A stretch of 64,000 nucleotides of DNA from Candidatus Eiseniibacteriota bacterium (GTDB lineage Bacteria; Eisenbacteria; RBG-16-71-46). This document shows positions 47,335 through 56,800 of the stretch, piece by piece (position 1 is the first letter of the stretch; each line of letters starts with the position of its first letter). Under the pieces are notes generated by a model, which was given only the letters and a program-made list of their open reading frames with translations, was not told where the DNA came from and ran no database searches. The translations under genes were made by a program, and so were the position numbers. The DNA lies in assembly GCA_963717505.1 (NCBI GenBank), contig OY970342.1, positions 1,856,001 through 1,920,000 of the forward strand, written 5' to 3'.

Positions 47335-49731
47335 ATGGACACCGTGATCCACGATCTGCGCTGCGCCCTGAGGGCGTTCCGCCGCGAGCCCGGCTTCGCA
47401 CTCGCGGCCATCCTGACCCTGGCGCTCGGCATCGGCGCGACCACCTCGATCTTCAGTGTGGTCAACGGCGTGCTGCTCAAGTCGCTGCCCTACCCCGAGC
47501 CCTCGCGCCTGGTCTCGTTCCAGAACCACGTTTCGGCGCTCAACCTGCGCGACGTGCTGGCGTGGAGCCGGAGTTTCGCGGCCGGCGGCGGCTGCGTGCC
47601 GCAACCGCTCGCGTGGACCGACGGCCTCGAGCCGGTGCAGCTCGAAGTCGGCCTGGTCACCGGTGGGCTGTTCGAGGCGATGGGCGTGCCGCCCGCGCGC
47701 GGGCGGACGCTGACCGCGGCCGACGATCACGTCGGCGGCGAACGCATCGTGGTGGTCAGCCATGGGTTCTGGATGGGATCGCTCGGCGGCGACGCCAACG
47801 TGCTCGGTCGCACGCTGCGGCTCGCGGGCGAAAGTTATCGAGTGGTCGGCGTCATGCCCGCGGGGTTCTCGATCCCGAGGATCGAGTCCGAGGTGTTCGC
47901 ACCGCTCGAAGCGGTGTTCCCGCCCGCGGCTCAGTTCCGGGGGATCAACTTCCTGCGCACCAGTCTGCGGTTGGCGCCCGGCGTCACGCTCGGCCAGGCG
48001 CGCCAGGAAATGGTCGCGATCGGCCAGCGTCTGGAGCAGGTCGACCCGCAGGAGAACACCGGGCGGAACTGGGAACTGAGTCCGCTTCGCGACCGGATTG
48101 TCGGCAACGTGCGCACGGCGCTGTGGATCCTGCTTGGCGCGGTGGGCCTGGTATTGCTGGTCGCATGCTCGAACTTCGCGAGTCTGCTGCTGACCCGCTC
48201 GACCTCGCGCGTCCACGACCTCTCGGTGCGCTCGGCGCTCGGCGCCGGGCGGCCTCAGCTCATGCGCCTGCTGGTCACTGAGAGCGTGCTGCTCGCGCTG
48301 ATCGGGGGCGGGCTGGGAGTGCTGTTCTCGCAATGGGCGGTCGATCTTCTGCTGCTGCTGTCGCCGGCGAACCTGCCACGCCTCGGCGACATCGCGGTGG
48401 ATGGTCGCGTCCTGGCGTTCGCGCTCGCGCTGTCCGTGTCGACCGGAATCGTCTTCGGACTGATGCCGGCCTACCGGGCCGCGCAGGGCGCGGAAGCCGA
48501 AGCGCTCAAGCGGAGCGGCGCCACGGTGGCGCATGCCGCGGGCGGCCAACGCCTGCTCGGCGGACTGGTGACGGCGCAGATCGCGCTCGCGCTGGTGCTA
48601 CTCGCCGGCGCCGGCCTCCTGGTCAACGGTTTCTGGCGGTTGCGCTCGGTGCCACCCGGATTCGATCCGCGCGGCACTCTGACCTTGCGTATCGAGCTGC
48701 CCGAAGCCAAGTACCCGGACCTCGCGGCCCAGAGTCGTTACCGCGATCAGGTGTTCGAGGCGTTGAGCGACCTTCCCGGCGCTCGGGTTGCGATGATCAG
48801 CGAGTTGCCGCTCACCGGCGACGCGCTGATGCACAACGTCCTGGTCGACGGCGCACCACCGGTGCCGCGCGGCACCGAGCCCGAGCTGTTCAGCCGCAGC
48901 GTCCAGGGCAACTACTTCGAGATCATGCGCATCCCGATCGTCGCCGGACGCGCGCTCGCCGCCACCGACCGCGCCGACGCGATGCGGGTCGGCGTGATCA
49001 ACGAGAGCATGGCGCGCGAGTACTTCCCCCGCCGCTCGCCGATCGGGCAGCGAGTGCGTTGGGCGAGCCAGGAAGTGCCGGAGTGGATCACGATCGTCGG
49101 CGTCGCCGCCGACGTCCGACACTTCGGCCTGCGCGAGCGCGAGCAGCCGGCGATCTACACACCGTACGCGCAATTCGGCGCGGACTGGAAACGCTGGATG
49201 CACGTGGTGGTGCGCGGCGAACGCGGGATCGCAGGCCTGGTGGCGCCGGTCAAGGCGCGTATCGCCTCGGTCGACCGCGAGATTCCGCTGACCCGAGTGC
49301 AGGGCATGGAGGAAATCCTGGGCGCCTCGCTGGCCGGCGAGCGCTTCAATCTGGTGGTGATCACGATCTTCGCAATGGTGGCACTGGCGCTCGCGGTGCT
49401 CGGGGTGTTCGGCGTGACCGCGTACGCCGTCGGCCGGCGCACGCGCGAGTTCGGTCTGCGCATGGCACTGGGCGCCACCGGCGCCGACCTGTGGCGCCTG
49501 GTGCTCGGGCGCGGTGCGGTCCTGGTCGGGATCGGTTTGGGCGTGGGTGTCGCAGGCGCGTTGTTGCTGACCCGCCTGATGACCAGCCTGCTTTACGAAG
49601 TTCAGCCGAACGACCCGGTCACGTTCGCGGTCGTCGCTCTCGTTCTGGGCGTGGCGTCGCTCGCCGCGTGCGCGATGCCGGCACTGCGGGCGACCCGAAT
49701 GGAGCCGCTGTCGGCGTTGCGGGTGGAATGA
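47335..49731 (+). CDS. ABC permease, duplicated MacB/FtsX (ADOP-like) 4
   Basis: HDLRCALRAF, LLVACSNFASL, EFGLRMALGA and MEPLSALRVE. Confidence 0.9.
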   Translation: MDTVIHDLRCALRAFRREPGFALAAILTLALGIGATTSIFSVVNGVLLKSLPYPEPSRLVSFQNHVSALNLRDVLAWSRSFAAGGGCVPQPLAWTDGLEPVQLEVGLVTGGLFEAMGVPPARGRTLTAADDHVGGERIVVVSHGFWMGSLGGDANVLGRTLRLAGESYRVVGVMPAGFSIPRIESEVFAPLEAVFPPAAQFRGINFLRTSLRLAPGVTLGQARQEMVAIGQRLEQVDPQENTGRNWELSPLRDRIVGNVRTALWILLGAVGLVLLVACSNFASLLLTRSTSRVHDLSVRSALGAGRPQLMRLLVTESVLLALIGGGLGVLFSQWAVDLLLLLSPANLPRLGDIAVDGRVLAFALALSVSTGIVFGLMPAYRAAQGAEAEALKRSGATVAHAAGGQRLLGGLVTAQIALALVLLAGAGLLVNGFWRLRSVPPGFDPRGTLTLRIELPEAKYPDLAAQSRYRDQVFEALSDLPGARVAMISELPLTGDALMHNVLVDGAPPVPRGTEPELFSRSVQGNYFEIMRIPIVAGRALAATDRADAMRVGVINESMAREYFPRRSPIGQRVRWASQEVPEWITIVGVAADVRHFGLREREQPAIYTPYAQFGADWKRWMHVVVRGERGIAGLVAPVKARIASVDREIPLTRVQGMEEILGASLAGERFNLVVITIFAMVALALAVLGVFGVTAYAVGRRTREFGLRMALGATGADLWRLVLGRGAVLVGIGLGVGVAGALLLTRLMTSLLYEVQPNDPVTFAVVALVLGVASLAACAMPALRATRMEPLSALRVE

Positions 49732-49948
49732 TGTGCCTGAATCCCGCGGCGGTCCCGCGCTCCGGATAGCGCCCGGTCGCTGGTCGCGCGCCAAGCCGCG
49801 CTCGTCCCGCGAAGTCCGACGGTTTCCCGGCCCATGGTAGCCTGCCGACCTCATCCCCGGGCCGCATTCGCGGTTCCGCGAAACCCTCGACCGGGAAACG
49901 CGAGGCGCGCCGGCGCCTGGAGCGCCGGGGCCGATACTGGAGGCAATC

Positions 49949-50737
49949 ATGACGATTCTCACGCAGCACGCACAGGGCACGTTTTGCTGGCCCGAGCTGG
50001 CATCCACTGATCAGAATGCCGCGAAGAAGTTCTATGGCGAGTTGTTCGGGTGGACTTCGACCGACGTTCCGATGGGGCCGGATGCCGGTTCCTATACGTT
50101 GTTCAAGAAGGGCGGGAACGACTGCGCCGCGCTATACCCGCTCGGTCCCGACATGCTCGCGCAGGGCGTGCCGCCGAATTGGGGCGCATACATTGCGGTG
50201 AACAGCGCCGACGAAACCGCGAAAAAGGCCAAGGAGCTGGGCGCCACGGTGATCATGGAGCCGTTCGACGTCATGGGCACGCTCGGCCGCATGGCGGTGG
50301 TGCAGGACCCGACCGGCGCGGTATTCAGCGTCTGGCAGGCCAAAGATCACATCGGCGCCGGAGTGCTCGACGAGCCCGGAGCGATGTGCTGGACCGAGCT
50401 GATGACCGGCGATCCCGACAAGGCACGCTCGTTCTATACCAAGCTCGTGGGCTGGACCACGCAGGAGATGAGCGCCGATTTCGGCAACTACACAATGTTC
50501 CTGCGGGAGGGCGGCGCCAAGGCCGGCGGCCTGATGAAGACGCCCGACGAAATGGCCGGGGTGCCGCCGCACTGGATGACCTACTTCGCGGTCAGCGACA
50601 TCCAGCAGACGACGGCGCTGGTCCAGAAGCTCGGGGGCACGGTCAACGTGCCGCCGATGCCGATCCCGAACATCGGCAGCTTCGCGGTCTACGCGGATCC
50701 GCAGGGGGCGGTGTTCGCGGTGCTGCAACCGCAGTAA
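49949..50737 (+). CDS. Two-domain VOC/glyoxalase family protein (CFP32/Rv0577-like)
   Basis: GTFCWPEL...AKKFYGELFGW is repeated as GAMCWTEL...FYTKLVGW; DPTGAVF and DPQGAVF; GGAGG RBS. Confidence 0.9.
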   Translation: MTILTQHAQGTFCWPELASTDQNAAKKFYGELFGWTSTDVPMGPDAGSYTLFKKGGNDCAALYPLGPDMLAQGVPPNWGAYIAVNSADETAKKAKELGATVIMEPFDVMGTLGRMAVVQDPTGAVFSVWQAKDHIGAGVLDEPGAMCWTELMTGDPDKARSFYTKLVGWTTQEMSADFGNYTMFLREGGAKAGGLMKTPDEMAGVPPHWMTYFAVSDIQQTTALVQKLGGTVNVPPMPIPNIGSFAVYADPQGAVFAVLQPQ

Positions 50738-50750
50738 TCAGCCTTCGCTT

Positions 50751-50797
50751 GCGCGGCGGGGTTGCGACCTTCGGGTCCGCGACCCCGTTCGCGTTTT
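50751..50797 (+). terminator. Probable intrinsic terminator
   Basis: CGGGGTTGCGACC-TTCG-GGTCCGCGACCCCG hairpin with a cUUCGg loop, followed by TTCGCGTTTT. Confidence 0.6.
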
Positions 50798-50855
50798 CCC
50801 GTACACTCGCCGGCCGAGATGACCTTCGCGCGCGACCTGTCGTGACGGAGCCCCG

Positions 50856-52217
50856 ATGACCGGCCGGCCACCCCGCCTTCTGATCGCCGACGATCAGCCC
50901 GACGTCCTGCAGGCCCTGAAGCTGCTCCTGCGCGGCGAGGGCTGGACCATCGAGACCGCGACGTCGCCGGCCGGCGCCCGGCAGACGCTCGAAGCCGGCG
51001 ATTTCGACCTGGCGCTGCTCGACTTGAACTACACGCGCGACACGACGTCCGGGCGCGAGGGTCTCGACCTGCTGCAACGGCTGCAGGCGTTCGATCCGAC
51101 GCTGCCGGTGGTGGTGATGACCGCCTATGGCAGCGTCGAGGGCGCGGTCGAGGCCATGCGGCGTGGGGCGCGCGACTACGTCGAGAAGCCGTGGGACAAC
51201 ACGCGCCTGATCGCCACCCTGCGCACCCAGGTCGATCTCGGCCGGGCGTTGCGCGCCGGGCAACGACTGGCCGACGAGAATCAGCTGCTCCGGCGCGAAG
51301 GCGAGGTCGAGATGATCGCGCGCTCGTCGGCAATGGCGCCGGTGCTCCAGGTGATGGAGCGGATCGGCCCGTCGGAGGCCAACGTTCTGGTCACCGGCGA
51401 GCACGGCACCGGCAAGGAGCTGGTCGCGCGTTGGCTGCACGGCGCCTCCGGGCGCGCGGCGCGGCCGCTGATCACGGTCAACGCCGGCGGACTGTCGGAG
51501 GGCGTGTTCGAGAGCGAGCTGTTCGGGCACGTCAAAGGTGCCTTCACCGGGGCGCGCGCCGATCGCGCCGGCCGGTTCGAGCTGGCCGACGGTGGCACGT
51601 TGTTTCTCGACGAGATCGCCAACCTGCCACCGGCGCTCCAGGCCAAGCTGCTGCGCGTGCTCCAGACCGGCGAGTTCGAGCGCGTGGGCTCCTCGCGTTC
51701 CCGGCGCGCCGACGTGCGCGTGATCTCGGCGACCAACGCCAACCTGGTCGAAGAAGTCGCCGCCGGGCGCTTCCGCGAGGATCTGCTGTTTCGGCTGAAC
51801 ACGGTCGAGATCAAGCTGCCGCCGCTGCGCGACCGCCGCGAGGACATCGGGCCGCTCGCCGAGCATTTCCTGCGCCGCCACCGAGCGCGTTACCGCAAGC
51901 CGCTCGAGCGCTTCGAGCCGGCGGCGTTGCAGGCGCTGCTCGAGCATTCCTGGCCCGGCAACGTGCGCGAGCTGGATCACGCGATCGAACGCGCGGTGCT
52001 GATGGCGTCGGGGGCCACGGTGGGTGTCGCCGACCTGGGGCTGCGCGCCGGCGCCGACGGCACCGTGCGGCTCGAGGACCTCACCCTCGAAGAAGTCGAG
52101 CGCGTGCTCATCCAGAAGGCGCTCAGGCGACACGACGGCAACGTGAGTGAGGCGGCCCGCTCCCTGGGGTTGTCCCGCAGCGCGCTCTACCGCCGCCTCG
52201 CCCAGCACGGATTGTGA
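50856..52217 (+). CDS. Sigma54-dependent response regulator (NtrC family; REC-AAA+-Fis HTH)
   Basis: IADDQ and LLDLN receiver motifs, GEHGTGKE, ESELFGHVKGAFTGA, LFLDEI, WPGNVREL and a C-terminal HTH. Confidence 0.94.
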   Translation: MTGRPPRLLIADDQPDVLQALKLLLRGEGWTIETATSPAGARQTLEAGDFDLALLDLNYTRDTTSGREGLDLLQRLQAFDPTLPVVVMTAYGSVEGAVEAMRRGARDYVEKPWDNTRLIATLRTQVDLGRALRAGQRLADENQLLRREGEVEMIARSSAMAPVLQVMERIGPSEANVLVTGEHGTGKELVARWLHGASGRAARPLITVNAGGLSEGVFESELFGHVKGAFTGARADRAGRFELADGGTLFLDEIANLPPALQAKLLRVLQTGEFERVGSSRSRRADVRVISATNANLVEEVAAGRFREDLLFRLNTVEIKLPPLRDRREDIGPLAEHFLRRHRARYRKPLERFEPAALQALLEHSWPGNVRELDHAIERAVLMASGATVGVADLGLRAGADGTVRLEDLTLEEVERVLIQKALRRHDGNVSEAARSLGLSRSALYRRLAQHGL

Positions 52218-53572
52218 GGAACAAGCGACAGGCACGGCGCCCGCGGCCGGGCCACGGCACGCGCATTCTGTTGCTGACGCTCGCCGGCGGGCTGCCGTCG
52301 ATGCTGGCGGCGCTGCTGCTGGTCTGGCTCGGCGACTTCACGCCCAAACTTCGCTGGACGGTGACCGCGATCGTCGGCGCCTCTTGGATCGGCTTCGCGT
52401 TCGCGGTGCGCGAGCGCGCGATCCATCCGATCCAGACGCTGTCGAACATGCTGGCAGCACTCCGCGAGGGAGATTTCTCGATGCGTGGTCGCGCGGCATC
52501 GCACGAGGATCCGGTCGGACTCGCCTACTACGAGGCGAACACGTTGAGCGAGACGCTGCGCCAGCAGCGGCTGGGAGCACTCGAGGCCACGGCACTGCTG
52601 CGTCGGGTCATGGAGGAGATCGACACCGCGGTGTTCGCGTTCGATGGTGAACGCCGGCTGCGCCTGTTGAATCGCGCCGGCGAACGACTGCTGGGCCGGC
52701 CGCCGGAACAGCTCCTCGGCCGCGATGCGCTGGCGCTCGGTCTCGAGGACGCGCTGGAAGGCGAGGCGCCGCGGGTGACCGAGTTGTCGTTCCCCGGAGG
52801 TGCGGGACGCTGGGCGATCCGGCGCGGCGAGTTTCGCCAGGCCGGTATTCCCCATCGGTTGTTGGTGCTGTCGGACGTGAGCCGCACGTTACGCGAGGAA
52901 GAACAGCAAGCGTGGCAGCGACTGGTGCGCGTCCTGAGCCACGAGATCAACAACTCGCTGACCCCGATCACTTCGATCGCGGCCAACCTGCGATCGCAAC
53001 TCGGGCGCCCCGAGCCTCCGGCCGGATTCGACGAGGACCTGCGCACCGGACTCGACGTGATCGCGACTCGAGCCGATGCGCTCACGCGCTTCATGGCCGC
53101 CTACGCGCGACTCGCGCGGCTGCCGCGCCCGCGTCTGGCGCCGGTCGACGTCGAGACCTGGGTGCGGCGCGTGGCCGGCCTCGAGTCGCGGGTCGCGGTC
53201 GAAGTGCGCCCGGGTCCGCCGTGCGAGTTGAACGCCGACGGCGACCAGCTCGATCAGCTCCTGATCAATCTGGTGCGCAATGCCGCCGACGCCGTGCTCG
53301 AGTCGCGGGCGCCGGGGATGGCAGGCGGTCGCGTCGGCATTACCTGGCGCACAGCCGCAGATCGTCTGGACCTCGAAGTGGTGGACGATGGTCCCGGGCT
53401 CTCCGAGACCGAGAACTTGTTCGTTCCGTTCTTCACCACCAAACCCGGCGGATCGGGGGTGGGGCTCGCACTCAGCCGCCAGATCGCCGAAGGGCACGGG
53501 GGAGCACTGACGCTCGCAAATCGTGACGACGCACGCGGCTGCGTGGCCCGACTGCACCTGCGGCGAGCCTAG
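52214..53572 (+). CDS. Sensor histidine kinase (NtrY/NtrB-like, with PAS-like region)
   Basis: Two TM helices, LSHEINNSLTPI H-box, NLVRNA, DDGPG, FFTTKPGGSGVGL. Confidence 0.92.
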   Translation: MRNKRQARRPRPGHGTRILLLTLAGGLPSMLAALLLVWLGDFTPKLRWTVTAIVGASWIGFAFAVRERAIHPIQTLSNMLAALREGDFSMRGRAASHEDPVGLAYYEANTLSETLRQQRLGALEATALLRRVMEEIDTAVFAFDGERRLRLLNRAGERLLGRPPEQLLGRDALALGLEDALEGEAPRVTELSFPGGAGRWAIRRGEFRQAGIPHRLLVLSDVSRTLREEEQQAWQRLVRVLSHEINNSLTPITSIAANLRSQLGRPEPPAGFDEDLRTGLDVIATRADALTRFMAAYARLARLPRPRLAPVDVETWVRRVAGLESRVAVEVRPGPPCELNADGDQLDQLLINLVRNAADAVLESRAPGMAGGRVGITWRTAADRLDLEVVDDGPGLSETENLFVPFFTTKPGGSGVGLALSRQIAEGHGGALTLANRDDARGCVARLHLRRA

Positions 53573-53657
53573 GTCGGCGTCTCATCGGTCCTCGATGGAT
53601 GTTCCATACTCCGCGAAACGACGAGCAAGGCCCGCCCCACGGAATGACAAGAAACTG

Positions 53658-53876
53658 TTGACTCGCCGTCGAGTCCGGTCCTAGCATTTCCGTACCTCCT
53701 CTCCGGCTCAAGAACGGACGGGCCCCCCGCCGTCCGACAGGGATGTCAGGTCGTAAGGGCGGACCCCCAGCCGTCCAACAAGGATTGGGAAGCACGATCC
53801 GGGAAATCGTTCGTCGGTCGGTTGCTGCCCGAACGCCGAACGAGCCGATTGCAACTGCCCCTTTGCAACGGAGGTG
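53658..53876 (+). promoter_or_regulatory. Promoter plus conserved structured 5' leader, copy 2
   Basis: TTGACT-N18-TAGCAT, ACCTCC, two C-loop hairpins and the shared core at 53819-53876. Confidence 0.6.
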
Positions 53877-53880
53877 TGCC

Positions 53881-56800
53881 ATGAGGTTCCGCTTTGCCCT
53901 GCTGCTCTCGATTGGAGCAGCCTCCCTCGCGCCGAGCCTGGCCGCGGCATTCGACGACCTCGCCGGGAACCCGCAACCCAAGCTGTTGAACGCGCGCATG
54001 GCGCAGGAGCTGCGCTCGCGCGCAGCGTCCCTACCGACCTCGGCGACCATCATCGACACGGTCTACGTCGGCTACACGCCGGGTCACACCGCCGACAACT
54101 GGTGGTCGATCTGGTCGGGCTCCGACAAGTTCCACGACGGCGGGCCCTATCACCGCCCGCCCGTGCAAGGCGGTATGTGGGATTTCGAGCCGCCCTACCC
54201 GCACGGCGACTCCCTCCAGGGCTTCACCCCCCACCGCGTCGAAATGACCGGCACCGGCGGTTTGACGATCCCGGATGCCGGCCGTCCGTGGCGCTGCCTC
54301 GACTATGGCAACGAAGCCAGCTCGATCATTCCGGGCGTAGGCCGCACGCACGCCGTGGTCGGCGTGTGGCATGTGGACCGTGGGGACCTGCAGGCGGTTC
54401 CTGCTTCGGTGAACGACGCCGTGGACCTGACGAACGGCGCCGGCAATGGCGTCGGCGGCGTCAACTGGACCCCGCTGGTCGGCGGGGCGTCCGCATGGAT
54501 GGGCCTGCGGCGCCATGGCGACAACTCGCACGTGGACGACGTCAGCCGTGGCGGCACCGGGAATGCTTTCACCGAAGACGTCATGGATCTCAAGGACCTT
54601 CATGGTGCGATCTCATTTGGCGGCACGGACAAGCGCTTCCCAGGCTACGGCTACCAGATGGACCAGATGCTGTACCGCGATGTGGACGTCACGGGCGTCG
54701 GGACCCTCACGGTCGGCTTCTCCTACAGGACGAACATGTCGACGGGGGTCGTGACCAACAACATCACGCGCAGCGGCTGGTTCCAGTGGGATCCGCTCAC
54801 GGTGATCACCGGTGGCTCGAACCCGAACTTCATCGAGAGCACCGGCAACCCGACGCCTCCCGCGGACTCGTTCATGGTCTACGTTGGCGCGCCGGCAGAA
54901 AGCGCGATCGTATTGTCAGACGGTGCTTCGCATCCGGTCTACGACCAGAAGCGACGCTGGGCGGGCGAGGTGATCCGTGGCAACGAAGGGCTGTACACGC
55001 AGATCCTGAGCGTGGGCGGCACGGTGGCGCCCGCGGCGTTACTTGCGACTGTCAGCGCGCCCAAGCTCGCGACTCTCAAAGCCGCGACCGCAGCCGGTGT
55101 CTCCAACGTCGTACGCATCGTGTTCCGGGTCAAGACCAACCAGACGTTCGACGACGAGAGCGTGCAGAACGCCGGCTCGTCCTCGAATGGCGCGGGTGCC
55201 GCGATCGTGGACCAGGTCACCATTTCGAAGGACGGTAGCGTCCCCGTGGTCCTCGGCGGGTTCGAGAGCCCCGGGGAAATCAACAATGCGATGGACTTCG
55301 GCCCGTATGGGAACAAGTCGCACGCACAGCATCCGCTGAACGTATGGAAGTCGACCGGCAAGCCGCTCAAGATCTACTCCCACATTCATCCGATGGCGGG
55401 CGACCCGGGTCGTGGCTACGTCCCGCTGGTCTACCAGGACATCTGCGGCCAGCCGGGGGATTTGAACCGTATCTGCAACATGGTCGGCGTCGTGATGTCG
55501 GTGGGCGACCACGACAACTTCGAGGCCTCGGGCGGGGTCTTCGGCACGGGCGAGCAGGAGCCGTTCGACGGCTTCTGGTCGCCGACCGTCAACCTGACGG
55601 GCCAGGGGTACACCACCCGGATCATCAACGGCGTGGTCACGCCGGTGAACAACATGGGGCTGTCGGCCGACGACGCCGACCCGACCGAAGATTTCTATGT
55701 CGACTACGAGATGTACACGGGGCGATTCGACATCTTCGCGACTGGCAACGCCTGGCGTTTCATGTTCAAGTGCTTCCCGGGTGGAGTTGGCACCAGCCAG
55801 GCCGGTCAGTACAAACGCTGGGGCACCGGCCGTCCTCCGGGGTTCATCTACTTCAACCCCGACAAGCAGTGCTTCCGCAATCTGGACGCCGGCTACGGCA
55901 ACGGACTGATCCGGACCACAAACGCTTCAGGCATCCCGGATTCAATCCGGATCGAGATCTACCCACGCCAGGAGTGCTATCGCTTCGGCGTCTCGAACTC
56001 CGAGAACTTCGACGGCGCCTACTTCGACAACCTCAGCCTGTCGATCGTCGATGGCGCCGGGGGCGACCCGGTGTCGATCGACATCTGGCAGTTCTACCAG
56101 GACACCTTTCCGTCGAACACCAACGACGGGCTGGTCGGGTTCACCGCGGCGTTCGACACCACCAGCGGTCTGTTGAAGAGTGGCATCAACATTTCGCCGT
56201 TGACCGGCAACACGTCCCGGTTCAACGTGCCGGGAGACACGACGGTAGTCAACGCGGAAGGCGACAACGTCCGCGTCGACCTGGTGTTCCGCATTCTTCC
56301 GGGTCCGGGCAACTACACCAACCCGGGAGCGGCGCCCGCCGCGCAACTGCTGAAGAAGCTCCCGACCGCGGCCACGCCGGTAGCGGGGGCGGTGTCCGGC
56401 TCGTCGAATTTCTGGGAGAACTTCATGGCGGACCGCGGTGCCATGGGGGCGGGTACGCATCCCGCGCCCCGGTGGAGCCCGCAGGTGTGGAACGCGGCGC
56501 GCATGGATACGGCCGAGGTAAACGTCTTCCAGCAGCAGAAGCGGATCAACGCCCAGCCAGCCAACGCCGGTCTGTTCATGACCGCGTACCACGAAGACGA
56601 ACTCGTGGCACCGGGAAGCCGTCGTGCGCTGTCCATCCCTCGCAATATCTGCTTCATCGCGGACACGGCGGCGGCGGTGTCGACCGCTTCCGTGATCTGC
56701 GGCTCGGGCGCGATGCCCTTGGGCGCGGTGTATCCACCGGCATGGGCGTTCGCCGCGATTGCAGGTCTGGCGGAGGCCGGAACCGGCAATCCTTTGGCCT

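Noticed and set aside
49880-49930. ZTP (pfl) or c-di-GMP-I riboswitch upstream of the VOC gene
   Set aside because: GCCGGCGCCTGG resembles the pfl 3' hairpin, but the 5' GACUGGCG partner is missing; GEMM consensus elements are absent.
53795-53876. Cobalamin riboswitch (GGGAA, CTGCCC, GCAACTG and GAGCC words present)
   Set aside because: The words are in the wrong order and spacing; GCCACTG/GGGAAG and the B12-box are absent.
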